Positions 25,447 through 36,900 of a stretch of DNA of 64,000 nucleotides are shown in pieces (the stretch's first letter is position 1; each line of letters opens with the position of its first letter). The notes under the pieces are model-generated. The model did not search any database. It was not told where the DNA came from and saw nothing but the letters and a program-made list of their open reading frames with translations. Origin of the DNA: Oopsacas minuta. Its lineage: Eukaryota > Animalia > Porifera. The position numbers were made by a program, and so were the translations under genes. Location of the stretch: contig JAKMXF010000317.1 of NCBI GenBank assembly GCA_024704765.1, positions 124,001-188,000 on the forward strand. The letters are read 5' to 3'.

Positions 25447-28400
25447 TTGTTTATATTAAAATACTGGAATATTTATATATTATATTTGATCATAATTGTA
25501 TTTAGCAAAACAGTCATTAGTGTAACTTGGAATGTATAATTCAGAATGACAGTATTTAACATTACATACAAAGTAATGCATTCCTTAGTAACAGATATGT
25601 TATATCATAAGCGTTCGAGGAATTCCTTGTAACATTATTTGTGAAGTATTTCATGAACGTAAACCACAATATTATCGTGAGATCATGCATAAACCATGAA
25701 AAGTTTTGAAAATATATTCCTGAATGATTGAAAGTAATTCTGTAAAGCAATCCATCAGAAACTCACAAATTTATGAATATAAGTGATACTTAAGTATGTA
25801 CTTAGTTAAGTACATACTTAAGTACGTACTTAACTCTTAGTGAATACGACTTAAGTACGTACTTAACTAAGTACATACTTAGTACTTAAGTACTAAGTAT
25901 GCTTAGTGAATACGGCGGCAGGATTGCCACTACGACACGACGACGCAAACCTTTAAACCAGTCACTCAACAATACCGCCAACCTGTCCTATTCCACCCCC
26001 AGTCGTACCATCCATCCAGGCAAATGTGTAAGAATACCTACCAGTCTAGTGCATTTAGAGCCTCCAAGATTGCCACCGACCCGTCTGACGCACTCGATCA
26101 TCTACTACGCAGATACTTGCCATCACTAAGAAGGCTGGGACATAACATGAAGGAGGTCATAGGCAAACTGGTCAACATTTGCTACTTCCCAACAACATCC
26201 GACAGGGAACCATTCGAGTACAAGCCAATCCTGAAGTACACCTATAGCCAAACGCGCCCATCCAAAGCACAACTACACCCTCTTGAGATCACAGACTACC
26301 ACCTTATTCCCAACATTCCTCTTGCACCGCTAAAAGAGCTACTATGCTATCAGTGTCCGAAAAGTACTCACCAGCACAATTACATCCACTGCCCAACACA
26401 AACGTGCATCATGTGCAACTCCTATGACACCCTGGTCTCAGCACACTTGGCAGTACCAGTGATCCCCTGTACTCGACTTCGCATGCTCTACCTACTCCAT
26501 CAGGGCAAAGATGAACAGGGGAACGCCAACAGCATGCACATGCTAAATGTGTTAGGGAATAGATACGTATATGATGACAGGAATTGAATTCTTTACGAGT
26601 GAGCGTAGCTAGCAAAAAATGTTTTCATGTCCCAGTTTTTCCTATATTCGGAAACTAAATAGTCTCAATTTAATTCATTGTTGTGTTCATATATAATTGA
26701 AGTATCAAAAAGACTTTCTAACTCCGGCCTGGCCAGCAGCCCGCAATTGAATTAGTCTGCCTGCAAAAATACCGCATGAATATTTTCGTCCCGCAACAAG
26801 CCCGACAATACCAAAATTTCATGTTGATCTTTGTTCAATTTACTCCCAATTAATAACTTGTGATAATTCCAAAACAATACAATTATATTCTGAGTTGTGC
26901 TTAGCAGCTTATTGCTGGTAATGATTGGTATTTCCCGGCTGGCCTCGAGCCGATCCGCCCCGCTTCCAACTATGCTTGACTGTTAAACATGGCCATTCAA
27001 ATACGATGAATCTCTGTATGATACGAATATAGGTGTGAGGCATTATGTATAATAGGCTATGACTAGATTAGGACATATATTTCCAGTCATGAATCACTGG
27101 TTGAAGGACAGTTACATTTCAAATAATAAATGGGGAATATCTAGAAATCTGCTGGCCTGACCTCCCCCACTTATAAGGGTCCTACTGTAGTCTGGAAAAA
27201 TACAGACTAGTAATCAGTCTAAACCAGAAGTCCGAAGTCGAGATTCATCAATGTCTAATACTCAAATTATGATTTTACTAGGTTGCAAGTTGTGGCACTT
27301 GCAACCGAATAGAATCCAGTTCCCACCATGATTCCCTGGTTTCCTTATAGGAGGCATCAGCTCAGAAACAATAGCTTGATTATTAATAATTACACAATTT
27401 CAATGAAATCTATGAAGATTCAGGAGTATCACAATTATTTCAAAATTGCGCTAGTTTAGTACTCTTGGTCCTGTTTTCGTCCAATTCTGATGCAAAATGT
27501 AGTTCTATCATGTCTGGCTATCTGAAAACTTGGAAATAAGTAGCTTAGGGGTGGGTGCATGTCGGTGAGTAACATTGTTTGATAACTAATATTGTACAGT
27601 TTGGAGAAATTAGCGAAAATAGTTGGTGTTGGCGCTTGTATGATACCCATCATCGATTCAAGCAATTTTACTAATATCTTCCAACTGTACAAGATTGATA
27701 ATAATGTGTTTTATTGACCGACATACAACCACCACCAAACTACAAAATTCCAATTTTTCAGATCTCTAGCCATGATCAGACTTCATTTTTCACCAAATTG
27801 GGTACAAATCGGACAAAAGCACAAAAATTAAGCACCACTTCTAAATGCTATCACTGTCGCACTAAATGATTCTGGATTCCATTCAAATTCGATATGGTAG
27901 ATCATTACCACATAGGGAACATATAAAGTAGCGAGCGAAATTAATTTTCAAATACAAGGGGCATCTGATGCACCATAATATTTATATTGACCATATTTGT
28001 AGGGCTATGCTTTACCTAGGAAATATTTCCCTAGCGAGTGACCCCTTTTCAGCCCACTAGGCTAGCTGGGTATATTTATGCACATATCGATCTTTGATCC
28101 TCAATTAAACGATTTTGAAATTTTCTTCAGCAGCTACCTAATTGTATTGCTATTTTTATATCTATAATTCTTACGGGTACATGGTGTCACCGTATGTTTT
28201 GTGGGAATATCAATAAAATAGTGGACCCTCGCTATTCCGAACAGAGCCTAATGGTTAAACAACCTTTAGAAAAAGTGCAAAAAATGTTACCATAGGTCCA
28301 ATTGTATCCAATTCTACTGCGAACAAATACATTACTATATTAGACATGTTTGCAGCATGTGCATCATAGTAATGCTTTGACCGCACCAAGAAAGTTAGTA

Positions 28401-28787
28401 GTTAACTAATGTATCTTTAAGTTTTTTCGAAGAGACGAAGTGGTACGGATATGTCCGCCCGCCGCACAGGGACCTATCAAGTAAAGGGAGATAGAATATC
28501 TAATTTTGATGAGGATTATTCGATTTCTATTAAATGGGAACTTTTGTGTATAGTGACACAGACCACCGCAAGCGATAGTTAACATAATATACAGATTTCC
28601 CTGCTAATACCCAAGGCACGAAGTTCCGAGATGAATAGCTAAAAGTAACTTATCTGCTCCAGGGCCGTATTCAGAATGTTGGTGGAATTGTGTATATTTA
28701 TCAGGGCGGCTTGAACTACTATCTAGCAATTCTAAAGATAGTACTATGGATACCGGTTATGTGAACAACGTCGGGAATTGAATATTT

Positions 28788-29494
28788 AGTGGAACCTCCC
28801 AAAGTGGGGTGGGTAATTACGTGCCTTTTAACACCACAGCCAAATAAACCTCCCATAGTGTGGTTTTGTCAGAAGTGGGGTTTCAATGGCGGTGTATCGT
28901 TTCAAAATGTGGTCCGGCAACAGCGTACCTCCAGTATTATACCTGGTCATTTATAGGAAATTGGGCCACATTTCTATACTTAACTAGTGTTATAATTACC
29001 ACCTACTCTTGTTAATTTCACTCTAGTATTAAAATTTATTCAAAAACAGGAAATTTCCCAGTTTGAGCCTATATTGAGGTGCCCGCACCGGTTGTCCGCC
29101 TCTGGGTTTGGGGTGAGTCCCAGGCAACTTTGAATGAAATTGTATACAAATATTCAATTACCAATTCGCAAAGTGTGGTGAAATTACATTAGGACTCTTC
29201 TGATCAGGGACATTTTAAGTTAGGGTACTACCCAAAATGTTATGAAGGAAGCACATGTATTGAAGACCATAGCCAAATGAAACTTCAAAAGTGGCTAATA
29301 TCTTATAACTGGGGTGTATATATATATAGAATGAAAATCCCAAGAGTAGTTAGCCTGAATTTATATTAACATTATTGAAAAATCTCATTAAAATAACATT
29401 ATAATTTGTGTATGTCAGAAGTGAGGTATTTACCAAAGTGGGGTGCAGAGTTTTGCAAATGCTGCCCGAACGCCCACTTTGGGAGGTTATAATG
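28788..29494. mobile_element. pogo/Tigger-like MITE, interrupted copy of the 58765-59152 family
   Basis: Left TIR-like ggaacctcccaaagtgggg at ~28791, right end cccactttgggaggtt at ~29473. The 29101-29494 segment is colinear with 58790-59152 (~70%). Confidence 0.7.
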
Positions 29495-30091
29495 TAATGT
29501 TCAAATAACCGGCACTTTCCACAAGTATGATGTACGTGGGTGTGTAGCAAGCGGGAGAAAATTTGTACTTTCAAGCCGTGTAGAAATTTATAGTCTACTT
29601 ATATTAGAATTACCAAAGTTGCAATCGAGTAGTTCAATACTCGGTATTCGGTTGCTCAGAATCAAAGATCATCTCCGATAAGTATTAGGTGGGTTTAACC
29701 CAGTGGTCGGCAATTAGGGGTAATTCGAGGATAATTTCATTCTTCTGGATGTAACGAAACCTATCCCGAATAATATGGTATGTTCCCAACTTTGTGCCTA
29801 CAAAATGAATTCAGCCAATTAATAGTATAAAAATATTAACAATAATTATTTTAAAGTGGCTCGGTCGGAATAAGAGCCACAGAATACCAATTGACACCGG
29901 CAGGTCACACTGAGCCTCTTTATTTAACCAAAATGAACATCATCTTTTCAGTATGGCTTCGTCGCAACAATCGTAAAATGACTCAAATGCATAATCTAAA
30001 GTGAAGTGCTGTGTAATCACTTCTCTGTCCCTTATAGATCTGGAAGTGCCTACTAGAATTTTCAGTAATACTCAATTGCATTAGTTGTAGT

Positions 30092-31181
30092 ATTCTATAA
30101 ACTAAGGCAATAGTGCTGATTAATGGACTTGGACCAGGGATTGGATAAGTCAGTTCTAAGGAAATAATAGAGATATATTAGTGTTGCGATAAAATTTAAA
30201 CGGGACATTTTGGTCCGAATATATATATTATTGATATTTGACATTATTCACAGTCTACATCTACAAACTATTTTCAGGCTAAAATGACGTCATCTGTTTG
30301 CTTAGTTAGCAAATATGTCAGAAAAATGCTCCTGTTTTAAAACTACGTAGAGAGGAAATTAATACATTTACGGTTTCATAATTTTACTTTAGAATATACG
30401 GATGTAGCTGTACAAAATATCAAAATTTTGTCATTATAAAGTTCGCGGGTTCCAGAGTTATCGTAGTGACCATTGGTGGCATATTTGGGCCAATATTCAT
30501 CCATAACTTGAATCCTTCAATGTTACGGCCAGACCTACTTACACACATATAGTATATACCCGACTTCCCATACCCTAGTAATACATTTTGGTGTGATATC
30601 TCCAAAGAATATAGAGCAGTCATCATTAATACCATATATGGTACTTTTCAAGATTGCTTCATAATCATCAGAGATATCATATCAAAATGTATTATTAAGG
30701 TATGGGAAGTCGGGTATATACTATATGTGTGTAAGTAGGTCTGGCCGTAACATTGAAGGATTCAAGTTATGGATGAATATTGGCCCAAATATGCCACCAA
30801 TGGTCACTACGATAAATCTGGAACCCGCGAACTTTATAATGACAAAATTTTGATATTTTGTACAGCTACATCCGTATATTCTAAAGTAAAATTATGAAAC
30901 CGTAAATGTATTAATTTCCTCTCTACGTAGTTTTAAAACAGGAGCATTTTTCTGACATATTTGCTAACTAAGCAAACAGATGACGTCATTTTAGCCTGAA
31001 AATAGTTTGTAGATGTAGACTGTGAATAATGCCAAATATCAATAATATATATATTCGGACCAAAATGTCCCGTTTAAATTTTATCGCAACACTAATATAT
31101 CTCTATTATTTCCTTAGAACTGACTTATCCAATCCCTGGTCCAAGTCCATTAATCAGCACTATTGCCTTAGTGTATAGAAT
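30092..31181. repeat. 1.09-kb foldback: 511-bp inverted arms with a 68-bp spacer
   Basis: Arm 30092-30602 is the reverse complement of 30671-31181 at ~98%; mismatches cluster near the inner ends. No coding signal. Confidence 0.97.
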
Positions 31182-31590
31182 GCTATGCATTAGTATATAT
31201 TTTGATAATTTTCCATTCAAGGCCACGGAATTTATTTGCTGTGGAAATTTCGTATGATTCATAAAAATGTTGAATTAGTAAATATTGACCAAGGCACCAG
31301 CAAATCACTATCGGAATAGGCTTTGTTTTTCATTTTTCACACATTTAAGAGGGAAGTTGCGATTTTTGTGAACACGTTAATTGGTATATAATCCATATAA
31401 TCATAAGTACACAGATCATGATCGTAAGAAGTTTTCAAGAAGTGCAAATCGATAGTACAATTCACTGTCTAACCACATCAAGATTTTTGAATCACAACAA
31501 TTTGATTTATTTAGTATGTATAATCTAGTGGCAATTATTTATGGTGCATGCTTTCTGCCAGTGTTAGTTACAACATACTTAAACAGTATA

Positions 31591-32328
31591 TATGTTTCAG
31601 TGTAAATGCGAGTTTGGTGTGATTGCAATCACACCAGTGTACTCGCAATCACACCAACTACCTAGTGTACTTGCAATCGCACTGGCGTACTCGCAATCAC
31701 ACCAACATATTGGTGTAAGTGCGAACTGCGAATAGAATCAATATTGGGTAAATTTATTACTGATCTCTGCTATATGGAATATGAGTAATCCTAATTTGAG
31801 ATAATTAGGCTAAGGTACTAACAATATACTAACAATCACCCTACGCATATTACTATGCATAATGGAACTACAAAAATTCTAAAGTGATTCGATTGAAGTT
31901 AAGAATGATTCTTTCTAGATTGAGTCCCTGGGTTAAACATCTTTAAAGCTTCAAAATATAATTATTTCCCAAAAAATTATTCGGAGAATTGAGTATTTAT
32001 ACTTGGATGTATCAAAAGACATCTATATATCAAAATTAGAAATGGGGAAATAATCATCTATACTTGCATAAACTGTGTTTGATAAACATCAAACTAGCCA
32101 TGTCAATGATGTCATCTACAGTGACTTTCATTCCATAAAATGAGCTACGGAAAACAATGAATACGCAATATACGTATATTGATTCTATTTAAAGCTCGCA
32201 CTTACACCAATAGGTTGGTGTGATTGCGAGTACGCCAGTGCGACTGCAAGTACACTAGGTAGTTGGTGAATTACGAGTACACTGGTGTGATTGCAATCAC
32301 ACCAAACTTGCATTTACACTGCAACATA
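31591..32328. mobile_element. ~738-bp MITE with ~153-bp TIRs built from GCAATCACACCA sub-repeats
   Basis: 31591-31744 is complementary to 32176-32328 (~90%). About four GCAATC(A/G)CAC(C/T) motifs per arm. Confidence 0.88.
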
Positions 32329-33083
32329 CACACCTAAATACTATTCGAGAATTTTCAATCTTCTTTCATTGAATACAATATACGTATTCGCAATGGCAAG
32401 TAACCACTACATTTGACTGAGCATGTGATGTCAACTCTTACTTATCGTAGGCTTGTCGAAGAGCTCAGTTTTTCCGAACTGAATGTGGAGATAATCAAAT
32501 ATCCTCTAGCCCACCTTCACCTTCTCCAATTGGTTAGTACAATCTTATAAACACATACTACTTGTAATAGTACATATCCATAATTCTAACCACTAAATAT
32601 AGGAACTGGTGTATAACTATGAATTACCAGAGTCAAGGAATGATGAAATGTCTCTTCATATTATACCCTCTCCTCGATCGACAGATACTTACACTCCCTG
32701 GAACACAGCAGTAAACTTTGGAAGTTACGAATACAAGTATTGATGCTATTTAGGATCACATTGACGATGAAGCTTAGTTTGTTTCTTGATTTCAAAAGTA
32801 TTAACAATATTTGAATATGTTAATTTATTGATGAATATTTTCCCCCGATAAAACTCTCTGTAAATCTGCTATTGTGACTGTAAATTCGTTCTTATGTTCT
32901 ACTTTCAATGACAACCAGTGTATCCAAGTAAAGTTGCCCAAATAGCTATTGACGACCAACTCTTTCTTGAAGTTGAGGCCAAATCTGAAGATTCACTTAA
33001 TATTTTCTTTGTAACAGATAAATCTGTTATGCTAAAGGAAGATACCACAATCACACATTTAATTGAAGGTATGTGAAAATATA

Positions 33084-33626
33084 CTTGGTGTAGCAAAAGT
33101 GTTGTCCCCTTTCTAATAATCTAATGTCAGACATAAATACTCAACATTATTTTATCTGATTAGCTGATTTTGGTTGTAAACCTAACACTTCTAAACTATT
33201 TCTAATACAGTTTAATTAAAAATATTTCTTTCTCATATTTTTATCCGGATTTCTTAAAGTCATTATCTCTATAAAGAAAGAATATCCGCGACCACGGTTT
33301 TGAGCTTCGTTCAAAAGCAATAGAGATGCTAAAGAGTGGTATTACACAACAAAATCTTAGCTCTCGATCTGGAGGTTTCTGTAAGATCGGTAAAGAAGTG
33401 GTGAGGTACCTATAAAAAGGGAACATTCACGAGACCAAGACCCGTTCTGGCAGGCCGCCGATTTTGAGTCGGGTCAATAATTTTATTATCTCCAAAATAT
33501 TTGGCAAAAAATTCAGGTCTAGGGACTTACATCCCATCGAGCACTCTCTGGGCTCCACATAATAGCCCGGGACAGATTATACATTCGCTATATTACAGGA
33601 ATGGGACAACACTTTGTTACACCCTG
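33084..33626 (+). mobile_element. Internally deleted Tc1-like element
   Basis: Imperfect TIRs (c..ggtgta.ca(a)aagtgttgtccc / gggacaacactttgttacaccctg) with TA flanks. HTH remnant LEVSVRSVKKW..TRSGRPPIL at ~33330-33480. Confidence 0.75.
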
Positions 33627-34699
33627 TACACTAGCATATGAAAATCTCTTTAATTACGCATTCTATATTCTCTAATAATCCTAAAGAGATACTAGACACC
33701 TTAGAAAGTTAAGGCGAACTCTGTTTTGGTTTCTGAAGACATGTGTAATATATTAATTCTTGCAGGAAGGTATTGCAGAACTTGTCTCAACGTTTGTAAT
33801 CCTAAATCCGCATTATTAATAGTATCACATTCAATACCAGAGACAGTGAATTATGTGGAAGAGAAATAGCCAACGATGTCCAAACTCCAATTCATTTATA
33901 TCTTGATAACAAATATTCCGGTATATACAATGAGCAACTCAAAAGTGGAATTCATTTTCCAGCAGATTTACCCGGATATGTTTCATTGCATCAATCACCA
34001 TCCATTTCCGGCCCAGTGCCGGCTCGACCAACTAAGGGAATCATAATCTAAACAGATTGTGCTGTCATAAGCTTGCCAGACCACCAAGGTAGGTATTTGT
34101 TAACTTCACATACAAATTAGCACAATACATTACTAAAAGTACATAGTGGGTCAAAATGCACCAAGATTGCCACATAAAGAATTCTTCCCCTAATAGTATT
34201 CAAAGCATCTTGATCTGGTCCATTTCGGGAATATTTCAATTTGCTCTACTAGGCCAAAAAGAACTCGTTTCTGTAGTTAAGCTATGAGGAGGATTTGCTC
34301 AAGAGAGAAGATTTGCTCAAAAGAAGCATAATTTTAGGAATTTTCAGCACATTTATCCTTATCCTTTGGATGTAAAATGGAAACAGACAATTAGGGATAA
34401 GTGTTAAAACTTTGCATCCTAAAGTATTTGCTATGCTGAATTGGGTTATGGAAAGACTTGAAACGATGCCGTACTTCCCTCTCGATTATTAATAGACATC
34501 AACAAATTACAGGAATAAAAACAGGAATTTACATAAAGTAGTTGCTTGCAGGAGATAATAACACAATGGGACTTTAAGAAATAGGAAATTTCAAGCACAA
34601 TTTGGAACATAATTCAAAATAGGTTGTTTTATATAATGTAATGAGCATGGTATGGTATTCACGTTAACTCGAACATTCGTTATTTCGATTGAGATCATT

Positions 34700-35560
34700 A
34701 TGTGGTTCCAACTTGGCTAAATTTGATTGAGTTCGGAATTGGAAATAAGGGAAATTTGTTGGTCCCTTTCTGAGATCCATATATCTTTGATTGAGAGGAG
34801 GTGCCTCATCTTTTACGACCCACACCTTATTTCTTTCTTTGGATAGTGACTCGTCGTATCGTATCTTTTCCAAGTCTCGTCATCAGTAATGATTTCTGCC
34901 AGCCTTCTTATATCCGAGTATTTATACTCGGAGAGCATTTTTCTTGCACAACTTACCCGCGACCCTTTTGGTCCTTTGTAAGGGAATGCGGGATCCACCT
35001 TGAACTAACTTTGTTATCTTTCAGCTCATCGATAAGTACGAAATGAACAGCTCCCGTTGAGATCCCTACACTCATAACTAACTCCTCAACAGTGATATGA
35101 GGATCTTCTTTCACTCTCCAGCGAATTTCAGAGGTGTTACTGCTAGTGACGGCGGATCTGGGAGGTCCGATTCGTTCCTCATCTTTCAGTGACTCTCGCC
35201 CTTCATGAAACCGCTTGGTCCACTCCTTCACAGTAGTATATGAAAGACTAGCATCTCCATAAACGACTTCCAAGTCAATGAGAATATCGTTCGGGCCAAT
35301 AACAAGAAGCGTGCGAATTTTGATATAGGATCTTTGCTCAAATTTCAAATTTGAAGCCATAAATACTTGAAAATACAAGGATAGCCAAAACTGAGAAATT
35401 TGAAATAATCATAACCAGAAACTCAATGACAGTATGGTGAAATTAAAATAGTTCTGAATAGATAATAGAATAAGGTTCATTATGAACACAGATACGTAAT
35501 ATAATATCCTATATCTTCAAATTCTATGATCAAGGTCGGGAACTTTTTGAACGCCCGTTG
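34700..35560 (-). mobile_element. 3'-truncated mariner element (transposase from 35360, frameshifted)
   Basis: TIR CAACGGGCGTTCAAAAAGTTCC after TA at 35560. Protein MASNLKFEQRSYIK..TVKEWTKRF..RWIPHSL..IITDDETW; stops before the second catalytic D. No second TIR. Confidence 0.9.
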
Positions 35561-36900
35561 TATATATACACATATATATATATACAGGACAGTAGCAAGC
35601 AGTTTTCTATTGGTCAGGTTGACATATACAGAAATATATGGAGGTTGGCCGAGGTTAGCTAAAACTATAGCATTAGTGGACCAAATGTTGGTCCGGTTGA
35701 AACCTGACCAACTTGACTGTCCCTTACGGCCATGAGATAATATAATATACACGGCCAGCCAATAAGCACCAAGAAAAGTATATCTCGTATTCAACAGATT
35801 TTACGACATTGTCGTACCAGTTTTGAATTGATGCGTGTGTCGCTCGTTTGTATGTACTAAGGATGCAATGTATAACAAGGCCTTAGACAACGGCTTGTTA
35901 TACCTTGCATTTTGTGAATTTTCATCTGTGAATTTTCATCTCGAAGTTATCCGAGCAGTGTCAAAATGACCCCATATGTTTAAATTGCTCTGCAGATCTT
36001 CCAGTTTTCAGTCACTACCAAACGGAAAACTGTAATAGGTCCGACTGCAATAATTCCGACAAATTCCACTAAAGGTCTAAGTCTGATTGAAATATGTCTG
36101 ACAGAAAATAAAAGGACAATCTGTGCTGAAGGCATCTAATTATGCTTGTATATAGGTCGCATTAATTAAATGGGATATTCTTAATTCGAGGCACGATATT
36201 AGGGGACTAATTGACTATTATGTAGTACCTCAAATATTATTAATGCAACAGTCGGAACAGCTTGTAATTCTTTTTTTTTTCTCTGAAGTCATGTCAAATT
36301 AAAATTTACTTTCTCTAAAATTGTGTCTAAAGACCCATGTTGTTCAATTTTTAGATATTATAATTATTAAAAAAGTTTGAGAATGTCATTATCACTGCCA
36401 CTGTGGTGACATTTTCATTATTTTCCTCAATGTATCTTACTTAAATTCTACAATACTTCATCATATGCAAGAATTCCTCTCGCTGCTTGTGTTGCAAAGT
36501 TATTCATGTTCAAATTCATGTGGAAAATGACGTCATATAGATTGAGTCTATTGTATCGATAATATTGTTTCATTGTCAGTCCAATATAATCCCAGTTCCA
36601 TCAAATTAATGGAACAGAAAATGCGATGCCCTAGGTACAAGGATCAATTACAGATTCTCGTTAACACCAGTTAGGATGTCATCCACTTTGGGGGATTCGT
36701 TTTTCGGGGAGTTCGAAAAATAGCCCCTAACTATAACATTTTATCTGTAACTCAACCTTATGAAACCCAAATTTGAGAGTTTATAATGCACATAACATTT
36801 GGAATTTCCAATTGATTTTTGAATACAATTAACAAAATATTTATGTACATTACCGATATATACATTGGTTAATCAGGAAACATAGTGGAACCAATTAGTA

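Larger units (their letters stand above)
23097..25918 (-). mobile_element. Two-gene PIF/Harbinger transposon
   Basis: 3-bp TSD CAG (23094-23096, 25919-25921). TIR GGGCCGTATTCACTAAGCATACTT, with the two terminal bases of the right end mismatched (CC to GG). 2822 bp; encodes a transposase and a Myb/SANT protein. Confidence 0.95.
20229..26587 (+). mobile_element. Penelope-like retroelement, single ~1170-codon reading frame (disrupted), split by a Harbinger insertion at 23097-25918
   Basis: RT motifs ADKGPGLVIV, PTMYFKIKTHK, RPIIN, TADVEAFYPN, GIPMGLPLAP, IYFDD and thumb LFHPQSYHP. Removing the Harbinger plus one TSD rejoins the frame as ANATQ|DCHYD. Stops at 20268, 20760 and 21818; frameshifts at ~21250, ~22065 and ~22788. 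Confidence 0.88.

Noticed and set aside
30092-31181. Foldback as the FB partner of the NOF-like transposase
   Set aside because: No sequence matching the arms flanks the 4.8-7.3 kb relic, so no link is visible.
31620-31720. CRISPR-like array (also 47870-48012)
   Set aside because: Units are short, irregularly spaced, mirrored in inverted arms and have no cas genes nearby; eukaryotic context.
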